Origin: Hormiphora californensis
Lineage: Eukaryota > Animalia > Ctenophora
Assembly (NCBI GenBank): GCA_020137815.1
Contig: CM035350.1
Coordinates: 1,302,001-1,366,000 of the forward strand
Length of the DNA: 64,000 nt
Direction of reading: 5' to 3'
Position numbers and translations under genes: made by a program
The notes under the pieces: model-generated
Database searches by the model: none
Seen by the model: the letters and a program-made list of their open reading frames with translations, nothing else
Told to the model about the DNA's origin: nothing
In this document: positions 1-16,772 of the stretch, piece by piece
Numbering within the stretch: position 1 is the first letter of the stretch
How the letters are laid out: the number at the start of each line of letters is the position of its first letter

Positions 1-508
1 CTCTCTCCCAGAGACTGCTACCCCTAACCCACACCTTCTCCCCTATCAGAGACTGCTACCCCTAACCCACCCTCTCTCTCCCAGAGACTGCTACCCCTAA
101 CCCACCCTCTCTCTCCCAGAGACTGCTACCCCTAACCCACCCTCTCTCTCCCAGAGACTGCTACCCCTAACCCACCCTCTCTCTCCCAGAGACTGCTACC
201 CCTAACCCACCCTCTCTCTCCCAGAGACTGCTACCCCTAACCCACCCTCTCTCTCCCAGAGACTGCTACCCCTAACCCACCCTCTCTCTCCCAGAGACTG
301 CTACCCCTAACCCACCCTCTCTCTCCCAGAGACTGCTACCCCTAACCCACCCTCTCTCTCCCAGAGACTGCTACCCCTAACCCACCCTCTCTCTCTCCCA
401 GAGACTGCTACCCCTAACCCACCCTCTCTCTCCCAGAGACTGCTACCCCTAACCCACCCTCTCTCTCCCAGTGACTGCTATCCCTAACCTACCCTCTCCC
501 CCTATCAG
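1..508 (+). repeat. 35-bp intronic minisatellite (about 14 copies, truncated by window start) built from the 3' splice site and exon start of paralogue 1
   Basis: Unit CACCCTCTCTCTCCCAGAGACTGCTACCCCTAACC contains CTAAC, a pyrimidine tract, CAG and the exon start AGACTGCTACCCC seen in paralogues 2 and 3. Confidence 0.95.
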
Positions 509-2279
509 TGACTGCTACCCCAGAGGCGATATGTTCAGTAACCTCCTGAAGATGCCCGAATGTGTCGCTACCTTTGAGCAAGGATTCTGCTATAACGCCA
601 AGCGGGAAGGTCGATTTGAGAGCTTTGACACTGAAACTGATAACTTGGACTACTATCATGTTAATGGAGAGGTTGAGGATCTGAGGGTTCTTGGGAAACA
701 CCTTTGCAGGAACGCTGGCAAGTGCTACAGAGCTGTGAGGAAGGAAGTACTGGTAAGATATACAGGGTGGCAATATCTCATTTATAATGATCCTTTAGCA
801 TTCCCCGTACTACACGTCCTGCCCAATATCAGATATAGTATGTTAACTGAATCAACCCTATTTACCAGAAATGCCATAACGAGATAGAGGGATGGTTGGA
901 AACCATTGTCGACCAAGTCACCACCATGTATGAGGCTAATGTCCAGCCAAGAGCTGAGGAATGTAAGTGTACCTGCCTGCTGAGTACAAGTACCTCCAAG
1001 TGTTGGATCATCCGACTACTGCCTCACTCTAAACACTCTGACACGGGCCCTCCCACTAGATGCCCCCTCTAACACCCCCTCTCTCCCCCACTACTACTTG
1101 CCCAATCTAACACCCCCTCTCCCCCTCTCTCTCCCCTCTAACACCCTCTCCTCCCCACTACTAGATGCCCCCTCTAACACCCCCCCTCTCTCCCACTACT
1201 AGATGCCCCCTCTAACACCCTCTCCTCCCCACTACTAGATGCCCCCTCTAACACCCCCCCTCTCTCCCACTACTAGATGCCCCCTCTAACACCACCTCTC
1301 CTCCCCACTACTAGATGCTAACATGAACAACGACACCATGTCTGGTAGCTTCATCAACATTGTAATGGACAGGTTCACCAGCCCAGAGGATATCAGGAAC
1401 TTCTTCGGGGATATTGCAGGGGAAGGGAGTGAAGAAATGACCGAGGATGCCATGTCTGGATACGAACAACTGAAAGGTGCACTACGAGGATTCTGCGCTG
1501 ATAAATGTGTTGACCCCACCGCTGAGTAAGTGCAGTCCACATCTGTCCATCTGTCTCTATGTTTGCTTGTTTGTCTGTTTGTCTGTTTGTTTGTCTCTGT
1601 TTGTTTGTTTATCTGACTGTCTGTGCCTCTAAATTCGTCTACATCTAACACCCTGCACCTCCCTCTCAGTTTCCTCCTGGGAGTCACTGGTCAGATGAGC
1701 GAGTCAGGGACCTGTGTGGCTGCTGCTGAGTTCTGTGGGGAATGTTCTGCAGAGGCTAGTGCATATGTACAGGATCCTGAGAATGCCATGCCATGCTGTC
1801 TCCAGAGGGTCGTGGACCTTGCAATCACTGTAAGTAGATATAGGATAGAGATAAAACACCCTCTGTTTTAGAAAGACACTTTCACTGAGACACCAAGTAC
1901 CCTCTATAGATAGAAACTAACTGAGACCCCAAGTACCCTCTATAGATAGAAACTAACTGAGACACCAAGTACCCTCAATAGATAGTAACTAACTGAGACA
2001 CCAAGTACCCTCAATAGATAGAAACTAACTGAGACCCCCATATCCCATATCATTCAGGGAGTTGACTATGCCCGTGACACCTACGGAGATGAGATTCAGT
2101 CTCTCAAGGACGAGCTAAAGGACGTGTTTGCCGATCAGCCCGAGATTATCCAGTTCGCTGAGGAAAAGTACCAGAACGCCCTCGACCAGGCCAAGTGCTT
2201 CAGGGACATGTACGAGGAGGATGCACAGACTGAGGAAGAGTGCAAACAGAACAGGATGGACATGATGGAGAGTGCCTAG
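509..2279 (+). CDS. Cys-rich helical protein, paralogue 1 (5' exon outside window)
   Basis: Exons 509-752, 869-962, 1315-1525, 1670-1829, 2058-2279 join in phase (DCYPRGDMF...MPCCLQRVV...MMESA*). All 15 visible Cys align with paralogues 2 and 3. Confidence 0.88.
1053..1314 (+). repeat. About 37-39-bp intronic minisatellite (about 7 copies) repeating branch point, acceptor and first 4 exon nt
   Basis: Unit CTAACACCCTCTCCTCCCCACTACTAGATGCCCCCT; the true acceptor CTACTAG|ATGCTAAC is the last copy. Confidence 0.9.
1884..2040 (+). repeat. 36-bp intronic minisatellite (about 4.3 copies)
   Basis: Unit ACTGAGACACCAAGTACCCTCTATAGATAGAAACTA starts at 1884, 1920, 1956, 1992, 2028; the array has a CTAAC upstream of each TAG. 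Confidence 0.9.
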
Positions 2280-2589
2280 ATATATAGAACACTTATAGAG
2301 ACAGTAACACCCTGCAGTATTTATATATTGTTTTTATGTTTTAAACTATTTTATTATATTGAACAATCCATCATCTATCTAGTTTTGTTCTTTGTCAGAG
2401 GGGGAGACACACCGATCTCAACTTCATTGTGTCTCCCCTAGAGGGAACTAGCTCCAATTGAGAGAAGGATGGTGGGAAATGATCGAATCCAGAACAAAAT
2501 CACATCATCATCACCCCATATATACGCAATATCGGATCTGGAATATTGGAACTGCAAACATGATCCGATCATCACCCGACCTTCGGGCA

Positions 2590-2858
<269 letters not shown>

Positions 2859-3067
2859 CATTGACATGGTTCGTGTGCCTGGAATTATGTGTGCGCCGTT
2901 TATGCAGTTGTAATACCACCAATATGCAGTTGCATGCTATCAGGTATGTGGTGATAACAGCAGGGGTTATTCTATTAGCCACTCTGTCTTCCTATCTCCC
3001 AGATTCGCATACAGCGGGGGAGGGCATATGATGGGACACACGCGTTATTCCACACCACGGTCCCCCG

Positions 3068-3075
3068 TATAAATA
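3068..3075 (+). promoter_or_regulatory. TATA box of paralogue 2
   Basis: TATAAATA about 165 nt upstream of the ATG; an equivalent TATATAAG lies at 6910-6917, about 160 nt before paralogue 3. Confidence 0.6.
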
Positions 3076-3233
3076 TTCCTGTCCGGAGGTCCACTGCTCA
3101 CAGTTGTTGAGCTCCAGCTTGCAGCACCAATATGTTGTAAACATACAACATTAGCTTCTTATACACTGCCCCGTAATTCTGCTCGTATTTTAACTGCCCA
3201 CACTCTGACCTCTCCCTCTCTAATCAGCTCGGA

Positions 3234-4684
3234 ATGAAGGTTGTTGCCGTTCTCCTGGCCCTTGTGGCTGTCTCTGTGGCAGATATCTGCAATGATATAA
3301 GGGGAGGTCGTGCCCAAGCTACTAAAATCAAGGATCTTGCTGCCGCTGGTATCGATTCTCTTATGGGGTAAGTGAGCTTTACTTCAATCTAACTTAGTTT
3401 CCACCTCCTTGTTCGTTTTTATACTGTGAAACTATATTCCCTGACACCCCCTCTCCCCCTTACAGAGACTGCTACCCCAACGGAGATGCCTTCAGTGCTC
3501 TGCTCAACTCCGAGGCCTGCTCTGCTCTCTTCTACCAGGGAACCTGCTACGGACTGAAGACTGCTGAGAAGTATGCCAATGTCGAAATTGTCAGCTATGA
3601 TATGCTCAGGAGGGGTGTCTCTGATGTCCAGGCTCTCGGTAACGTTGCCTGTGCTAATGTTGAAACTTGCTACAACGATGTCTTCAATGCTGTCTCTGTA
3701 AGTGAAACCCCCCACAGCGACTTGTTGAGACCCCTTATTAGTAAGCAGCGACCCCCCAAACTTCCCCCAGTCATATTGCCAGCCCCCTCGTGTATGCTTT
3801 GAAGACACATTTAACCACCTGTCTAACCACTTGTTTAACCACTTGTTTAACCACCTGTGCAGGACTGTGCCGCCGCTGATGCTGGATTCATTGAGGGAGT
3901 CATTGACCGAGCCACCGAGATGTACAAGGCCAGGGCTGAGCAGCGAATTGCCGAGTTCGGAGAGCAGAACGACAACACCATTGCCGGACGACTGATCAAC
4001 ATTGCCATGCGACGATTCACCGATGTTGAATCTCTCCGATCCTTTGTCAGCCAGAGGGTTGATGATGACATCATTGATGATGCCTATGAGGGATACAAGG
4101 CTGCCAAGGAGGCTGCCGCTGAGTTCTGTGACTCCGGATGTGTCGACCAGACTGGAAAGTGAGTATAGTCCCGGACGAGGTGGGGGGGAGAGGGACATGT
4201 TAATCATTAAATTCTACACCACTTCATATTATGTAGCAGCTCTTAACTCCCACCATACCACCAGGTTCCTCAAGAGGCTGTTCAGCTCCATGAACAAGGG
4301 CCGATGTGTTGATGCTACCATGTTCTGTGGAGCTTGCGAGAGGAACGCCGAGGTCTTCCTGGGACGACGTGCTAACTCTATCCCCTGTTGTCTCCAGGAT
4401 GTTATCGAGCAGGCCATCGCTGTAAGTTCACATCATTTGTTGATATAATTCCTCTACAATCTTATTACACCTTGCACCTACTAACCCACACAATTCTGCA
4501 GGGTGCCCAGTATGTTGCCGATACCTACGGTGATCGGGCTGCCAACGCCGAGAGCTACCTGAGGGAAGCCTTCGCTGACCAACCCGAGCTGATTGCCCAG
4601 GCCGAGGCTGCTGCCGCTGCTGCCCGAGAACAGTTCAACTGTGTCTCCTCTGTCTACCAGGACAACAAGAGCTCATGCGCTTAA
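3234..4684 (+). CDS. Secreted 16-Cys helical protein, paralogue 2 (333 aa)
   Basis: Exons 3234-3367, 3466-3697, 3863-4158, 4265-4421, 4502-4684 total 1002 nt. Signal peptide MKVVAVLLALVAVSVA; ends NKSSCA*; strongly biased codon usage. Confidence 0.92.
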
Positions 4685-5738
4685 GATGTTTCTGTAGAGA
4701 CGTTTGAAAACCACACCCGATATACTTTGTAACAGGGGTAACAACCCAATACCATGGAATGGACAGATAATTGGATACAGATCTTCGCTTTTTTATGAAA
4801 GTGTTATCGTTTATATTTTGTTGAAATTGTGATATTGTCAGACATTAATGAATTCATTCATAAAAAACTAAACTGTTCTTTGATTTTGAACCTGGTCCAT
4901 GAAACGTACCAAGTATGGAACCCCCTTACAGCATTCATCATGTCCTAGTGTTATATAATGTGCCATCACACTGTCTGCTTCCCCATCATGTCCTATAAAG
5001 TCAGTCTGTTCTCCATAACATCTGTGAAGGCTCGTATAGTATGTTCTGGTCCAAAACTACCTCAAGTGTCGTGTCATTTTGTGTCCTTGTTATACTGCAA
5101 ATTGTCTTCTGGAAAAATGTCGCTTTGTCTTTTTAGAATTTTGGTCTTTATTCCAATACAGTAAAAGGCTGCAACCAGATGGACAATAGTTGATGGAGGA
5201 GGTGGGTCCTATATCGAGCTGTATCTTCTCTTATCTGGGGGTAGAGGGACTACACACTTTTCCACTTCGTCAAGTGGTTTGAAAAATTCGTAGCCTCTGT
5301 CGGCGGGTGGTCAATACAAAGGAATACAAAGGAACATTGGTCACTAAGATAACGAAAAACTGTGTTCTAATCTGAAATCCAAAGTGTTGATGTTAATTCT
5401 ACAATTTAAGGCTGATTCCAGTCTTACCATTACATGCATGGGTATCAAGGTGTCTCCTAGCTGTATCTCATGTTAGATTGGGTCCCACTTGGTGGTGTTT
5501 TGCATAAATGGAGCTAAAATTCTAATTGCACTGCTAAAAACAATCTGTCAGGCCAATGCTGTTATAGGGTAGAATCGAGAATCATTACCGGGAAAGATCA
5601 CACACTATGTAATATACACATGACATCCTATCCGTATTTAGAAGCTGTATCCACAAACGTATCCAACTTCAAGACGCATTTAAATATGGGAGCGGTGTAA
5701 ACGTATATAATACAAGATGCAGTATGGACGGTAGATTA

Positions 5739-6199
5739 TACCGCGTTTACCCACATTGAGACTCTAGCCGCTAGCGTCATTACCAAGTGCCAATTCGCAG
5801 GTGTAACTGTCGAGTATCACGTATCACCTCTGCTAATGAGGACGGTATACTGATACAGTGTCCGTTAGAATTTAAGTTCTCTTGCTTGGTAATATGATGG
5901 GGATCAACCTAGGTTTGGAAACCTGATCACTGTGATTCATGTGGTGGTCCAATTAAGCCCAAATTAGTCGCATTGGAAAGAAAATCGATAGCCAAAAAAG
6001 TACAGCCGCGTTTTAGTGTTCGTTCAATGTTCATTCGGGTGGGAAAGTGAATTTTTTATTCCGAGGGCTGAAACTTCAGATTCCTCGTTTGAGTACCCAT
6101 ACCAACATTGTGTATCACGTTGTATCACTATCAGCGAGATTTAAATTACATTTCGGGAGATGTGAGGGCTAACAACCTCCTTTTTTGGCCCACGCGGTA
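5739..6199. mobile_element. Degenerate short member of the TACCGCG-terminated MITE family
   Basis: Ends TACCGCG...CGCGGTA; about 5770-6199 is a diverged reverse complement of about 47850-48315. Confidence 0.7.
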
Positions 6200-7068
6200 C
6201 GCTAAATTTTGCATACATACAAACTACCATCTGTACTACAAACACCTTAGAAGGCATTCATAAATGACGTCCATTTGCACGTTTCAGATATCTCTGGAGA
6301 AGGGGCGGGGTTGGTTTGGGCACAGTTCGAGGTTTGTAATAAAACTAGTGGAGAGAAGCGTGTCTAGTGAAGGGCTCCTGAATTCTATACCCTCTCACAC
6401 TTGTCCCACCTAATCTCGAGCGAATTTTTAAGGGCAAAATTGGGGCCCCGAAATTCAGACAGTTTAGATGGAGAGGGACAGTCAGCTTCGGACAGGGGGA
6501 CGGATGGGTGGGTAAAAATGGCCAAAAATTATGGAAATCTTCACTAATAAACGGGTGATCTAACTTCTCTGTCGGTACGATTTTCAGGCTTTTCTGCACC
6601 AATGTCCTGCACACGGTCTGCAAATAATTCCAAACATATATCCACAATATCGTCGTCCAGAATTAAATTTAGCCCAAGACATAGGACCTGACTCACTAGA
6701 TAGTAGCCCTATCCGACTATAGTATGGGTTCATTATTGAATTTGGAGGCTACCGCAATAATTAAGTTAGGCCCCAAGCTCCTTTTTATTCACCGTATTCG
6801 CATATGTTTCATGACATTTTAATAATTAAATAATATATTATTCCGGCCGATAAATTTATTCAACGCGTGAGAGATAAAAAATTATGCAAGACGCCCCTCC
6901 GGTGGTGATTATATAAGCCCCGGCTACTCAGCATTTAACATAGAGCGTGTTGAGTAACAACTTGGAGCCGCTAAATCTCTCGCCATATCTTTATACTTGC
7001 TTTACCTTCCCTCAGTTTCTTACTCTGTATTAGAGTTACACATAACCCTCCCACTCTATCAGCTCGGA

Positions 7069-8028
7069 ATGAAGGTTGTTGCCGTTCTCCTGGCCCTTGT
7101 GGCTGTCTCTGTGGCAGATATCTGCAATGATGTAAGGGGAGGTCGTGCCCAAGCTACCCAGATCAAGACTCTCATTGCTGCCGGTCTGGATACCGTCATG
7201 GGGTGAGTGTAGAACTAGGATATATTCTTGATAATTCTGTAGATACCTCACCACGATGGTTTATGTTCGTTTGTCGATGTCCACGTTAGACTAACTTCTG
7301 ATAGGGACTAGGGGGTCTATCGATTGAAAACTAACAACCAACCATATTCTCTTTCAGAGACTGCTACCCCAACGGAGATGCCTTCAGTGCTCTGCTCAAC
7401 TCCGAGGCCTGCTCTGCTCTCTTCTACCAGGGAACCTGCTACGGACTGAAGACTGCTGAGAAGTATGCCAATGTCGAGGTTGTCAGCTATGATATGCTCA
7501 GGAGGGGTGTCTCTGATGTTAGATCTCTTGGACACACCATGTGCGGCAGTGTCGAGACTTGCTACAACGAAGTCTTTGATGCCGTCTCTGTAAGTTCAAA
7601 AACTTTTCTTTGCAACTCTCATTTGACCTGTCCAGATACTGTCCCATGTAAAATATCGTCCATCTCACATCCCCTGTGTGCTGTCCTCTTTGACATGATA
7701 TATCCCCTATACAGGACTGTGCTGTTGACGAGGACTACATTCAGGGAGTTCTAGACAGGGCTGTTGAGATGTACAAGTCCCGAGCTCAGTCCGATATTGC
7801 CGAATTCGGAGCCAGCAATGACAACACAATCATGGGTCGACTAATCAACTTGGCGATGAGGCGATTCACCGACCTAGAATCTGTCCAGGCATTTGCCATG
7901 GAGAACCTTGACGATGGTATGATCGAGGACGCACAGGCTGGGTATAAAGCTTTCAAAGTTGCCGCCGCTGACTTCTGTGACTCTGGATGCGTTGACAAGA
8001 GTGCCAGGTATGGAAACAAGAACACACA

Positions 8029-8080
<52 letters not shown>

Positions 8081-8660
8081 CTATCAAAATTTAGAAACAC
8101 TTTCCCTAGCTCACCATGTCACCACAACTATCTCCCTGGCAGGTTCTTCAAGATGCTGTTCGCCCGAATGCACGGCCGAGGGTGTGACGATGCCAGTGAG
8201 TTCTGTGGATCATGCGAGAATAACGCCAGGAGATTCTTCATGGCCCGATCAATGAACCACGCTGTCCCTTGTTGTCTTCAGGATGTTATTGAACAGGCTA
8301 TTGATGTAAGTAAGATGGTAACTGGTAGCTCTAACATGGACCTCGAGTTACCTACCAACACCAGATGTCAAGAATATTATTGTCAAGGAGGTTCTATGGT
8401 TCTAGTTTGTTTTGTTGAGTAAGGGTTGAGAGAGAGTTTGCTATTCCAGATCTCTAACTGCAGTATATTCCCCCCAGGGTGCTTCCTACTTCAGGGATGC
8501 CTACAGTGGAGAAATGGAGAGAGCCCAGAGCTACCTGAGGGAAGCCTTCGCTGACCAACCTGAGCTGATTGCCCAGGCCGAGGCTGCTGCCGCTGCTGTC
8601 CAAGAACAGATTGATTGTGTCGCCTCTGTCTACAGCGACAACAAGAGTTCGTGCGCTTAA
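7069..8660 (+). CDS. Secreted 16-Cys helical protein, paralogue 3
   Basis: Same 5-exon structure and intron phases as paralogue 2, identical signal peptide, PCCLQDVIEQAI motif, ends NKSSCA*. Confidence 0.92.
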
Positions 8661-9121
8661 GATGCTGGAGATGTTGAAACTCAAACCACCTTGGAACTGG
8701 ACGAGATATAAAGGGATGTGTGTGTAAAGACTGCCAATCTATTTTATAGAGTTTAATGTTTTATAAAAATATTATTGACAAGCTTTTCAGAAGATATGTT
8801 TTTTAATTAGTTCAATTTAAAAACAAAATTTCAGAGTTTTAGAAAAACTGATTTTGTCCTCCGGTTTTCGAGTCCTCGGCCGTTCGGATGGGTTATGATG
8901 GGTCAAAACGTGGTTCACCCCTTATCCAGTACCCCCTCTAAAATATGGGCTAGATGAACATAGTAACTTGAGGGAGTGTTTGGAGGCTGGATAGGACGAG
9001 GGTAAAATAAAGATAAGCTCTTAGCTCATGAGCACTGTCAGGAAGAAAGAGAGTATTTGCCTGGCCTAGAAACTGTATCTCCACTAGCTCGAGAAAAACA
9101 GGCATAGAAGCAGTTAGAAAT

Positions 9122-10217
9122 GAAAAACAATTAAAAATATATACACATTTACAATGGCAATTTACAATTTTATATTATTAAAAGCATAGGTAAAATCATC
9201 AACATTATAATCTTTCATTGTCCTGCTGTTTCTTGACCCACGTATACATAAAAGGCTCAATTTTAAAATGATAAAGGAGAGTCTCACTCTTAAAAAGCTA
9301 ATAACGTCATTAAAATTCTCATTCTTCTTATTACAAATCTTGTTACATAAAAGTTTTAAAAAAGTCTTGCATTCAGGTCCATAGCCTCCTGTTATTGAAA
9401 AAATTAAAGGGGTAAAAGTGCCTCTTTCGACATTTAAAATTCTCTCATTATATTTACACCTTTTCTTAGATTCAAGATATGTAAAAACCTTCTTTGCACT
9501 TTTACATTTAGTTATGTAGCTTTTAGAGTTCGGATTAATAAGCTGCACATCAAAAAATGCATTCTGTCCATCACGATAAAATCCGTGAGCCTTAATGTCA
9601 GGTTTCGCCGAATCTTCCGTCGCCGTTGTCCTTGTGGTGAAACTTTCTCCATCAACAGCTTGAAGGTCCGGCTCCCTCTCTACGTCATTGCACACGGTTG
9701 TAAGTTGGTCAGCTAAGAGGTTGCACAACTTGTTGTGCCTGTAGATTACATACCCTCCTCTACCACAATTGATTAAATGGGTAGGCGTCCCATCCTCCCC
9801 ACACACACATTTTTCAGGCATCCGTGGTAGAGGTTTCCCGTATCTCAACAACAGACCATCCCTAAACTCTCCTTTGTTAAGAACAAAGTCGTACTGTGAT
9901 AGCGGCAGTGCTGTTAGCCAACTAGATGCTCCCTCCTCCCGGGCCTGTTCCAAGTGTCTTTGAAGCAATGCATCAGATGTGGAGACAATATTTTCATATA
10001 ACTCTTTGTATCTTGTCTCCCGCTTCTTTAGCATCTCTTCCAAGATTGTCGCATCAACACAGCAATCCTCTTTGTCCGCCATAGCCATTACCAAACTTTC
10101 TGTAACTGCCGTAGATATGGAGTACTCTTCCTCGGCCAGTTCCTCTAGTATGGGGATTCCCAACCCTCCCAACCTTGGTGGTAGAGACATGATCTTCCTC
10201 TCTAATGGGGATAGTAG
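9122..10217 (-). mobile_element. 5'-truncated CRE-like non-LTR retrotransposon (RT thumb, CCHC knuckle, restriction-like endonuclease)
   Basis: ORF 9162-10190 has SLPPRLGGLGIP, GASSWLTALP, CVCG..H..C, RHN, PDI..FFDV..ESKK and FTPLIFS. A 12-bp direct repeat GCAGTTAGAAAT lies at 9110-9121 and 10218-10229. Confidence 0.88.
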
Positions 10218-10347
10218 GCAGTTAGAAATCTGGAGAATTGTGACTTGAGGAAAACTGCTGCAAAACAGTGTTTATGAAGGAGCAGACTGCCAAGGGTAGA
10301 CAGTTGAGACAAAATCAGTTAATTGTATCGCTTGTTAGTAAGTTAGC

Positions 10348-11225
10348 ATGACATCTGTTTCTCCTGATGTATTCAATCAGGACACTGTCCTAAAGGAATG
10401 TGACGAGTTTCTGTCACGGTTGCGGTTATCGGTTGACCTCCGGATTGAGAAGATGAATTCGATATCAGAAGATATGACTAACGACCAACTCTGGTCCCTT
10501 ATAACACACGCTCTAGAGGCCTATTCATTGCTAGATGTGAGTTAATAAATTCAATACCACTGCTTCTCAGCTGTAACACATGAATCCCTTGTCCCTAGAC
10601 GGCTCAACAGTACGAGTCATTTGTTGTCAAATTCAACGAAAAACTACGGCAAAAGAGATCAAGCCTGTTTAGAGCGCTACGAATAGCGAGAAAGAGCTCA
10701 GAAAAGCGTGAGTATTTAAAAGATTAAAACTTCAACTGTCCTGTCAACCCGGGTTAACAGTTAACGGTTAACGGTTAACCCTAAATTTTATATGACACAG
10801 ATCTCCATATTTTAGAAGCATTGGAGATAGCTGATGCGCTAAAAGAAGAAGTAGGACAACCAACATCTATGACCAGCTTGGCTCGGTGCAGGGCTCACAT
10901 TGCACCATCAATGTCAGGTTAGTAATACAATTAGGACATTCTCTATGTTACAGTCAGGCTAACAGGGTATGTTTAACAACACCCCCCTCCCACACCAGGG
11001 AAATCCCTAACTGCAGTGTGTCAGAGTAAAGAGCTCCAAGATCTGATAGCACAAGACCCCGCACTACAGGATATGCCCCTGAGACGGGCCGCGGTTAGCA
11101 AGTTGTGTGAGCTGCGGATCAAGGCAGTGAGGTGTGTTACTGCACTATCCAGGGAGGAATTGAAGGTTTGGGAGAGCACTGGACATGTTGGACTTAACGA
11201 TCGGCTAAATGATCCCCCTAATTGA
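10348..11225 (+). CDS. Multi-exon hypothetical helical protein (5' end uncertain; alternative ATG at 10274)
   Basis: Exons approx. 10348-10536, 10599-10707, 10801-10917, 10999-11225 join in phase (..SLLD|TAQQYESF..SEK|HLHILEAL..SG|KSLTAVCQ..PPN*). No family recognised. Confidence 0.6.
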
Positions 11226-12501
11226 CTGATTTTTGTGTGTGTAATTTGATGTGTTTTTCCTAATTAGTGCGTTGTTCAATTAGGGTGTCCTATATGGGGG
11301 CTATTATAACTCGCTACTGTAAACAAGTGTCCGCGCAGATCACAGCCCCCCTAGGGGTTTGAGAGTTGCTTGGGTGGACCCTTGTCGTTATCCCCTGAGG
11401 AGGGACAGAGGTCTTAGTGCTCATCCCTCTCCTCCTCTCTATCGTTCTCTCTCTCACTCTCTCTCTCTCTCTCCATCCCTCTCTCTGTTTTTCTTCCCCT
11501 TCCCTTTTCCTCATTGCATTAGTACTCTGCTTGGTTTTGACCGCCGCCGTTCATCACGGTTGTCGACCTTTGGCACTGTTCTCACGCCGTGGCTAAACTA
11601 GGTCTGGTTAAATCGGGAAGGTTTACCACGCATAGTACCCACAGCATGTGAAGTGTGTAAGTGCAGTGACATGGCTTGCACTGGCACTAGCACAATCTCC
11701 CAGCCAACAGTGCAGCTCTCCAGCCACCAGGCTACCACTCCGACTTGTTTGTTTCAAGCTCTGTGTTTGTCTTTTTGTTGCACCCTAGTACAGTCTCACA
11801 GTGCGTGTACATGACCGGGTATGCCGCAAGATTGATACAGGGTATGCATATTGACCCCCCTCTAGAGCATGCATTCCTCTCTCTGTCTTGGAATGTGTAC
11901 TCAAATTGACGAATCTGATTGGCACCCATCCCTCCGTCATACCTGACCAGGGACTGCATCTCACATAGCAGGAGGGGGTTCAGGTCTCTCTCTCTGAGAG
12001 CTATGTGCAGTAGTGTCACGTGACACATGTATCTCAACTCTCATTGGTTGGTATGTGTCACGTGATGAGGTTGCGCGTACCTCGCGTGACTCTATCTCCT
12101 CTGTCACATGTCACATTTTTTCAACTCTTGTCTCGCTATATGAGGAGTGGCTAAGTTGCCAACCACTATATATTATGAGAGTCAACTCAGTCCCTCTTAC
12201 AGATCAGTTCCAGTGATTGTTTATGTAGTACCTGCTTCTGTATTGTATTTGTCCCTTAGTTTAACTGTATGGCACTAGTGCCTTTCTGAATAATGAGAGT
12301 TGAGCCATTATTTCCTACTATCTTAGTAATGCGTCTTTGAAGCGTGCTTGTTGCTCCAGATTGTTGACAGTCAAACCCAACCAGCCCGCCGCCCGGTTCT
12401 AACTTGCCCCATTTTATCCTAACTTTTCCCATCTCTTAGTCTTATCTAGTAGCAGTGATGCATGTGCCCTAACTTATCCCATTTCTGTTATCTAGTGTGA
12501 T

Positions 12502-16772
<4,271 letters not shown>

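Noticed and set aside
1-490. CCCTAACC motifs as telomeric repeats, or the array as CRISPR
   Set aside because: One CCCTAA per 35-bp unit and no unique spacers; it is an intronic minisatellite in a eukaryotic gene.
3419-4207. 262-aa minus-strand ORF
   Set aside because: Antisense shadow of the codon-biased paralogue 2 exons.
8940-10340. Coding exon disrupted by the CRE insertion
   Set aside because: The reconstructed empty site has stops in the frames examined within about 50 codons.
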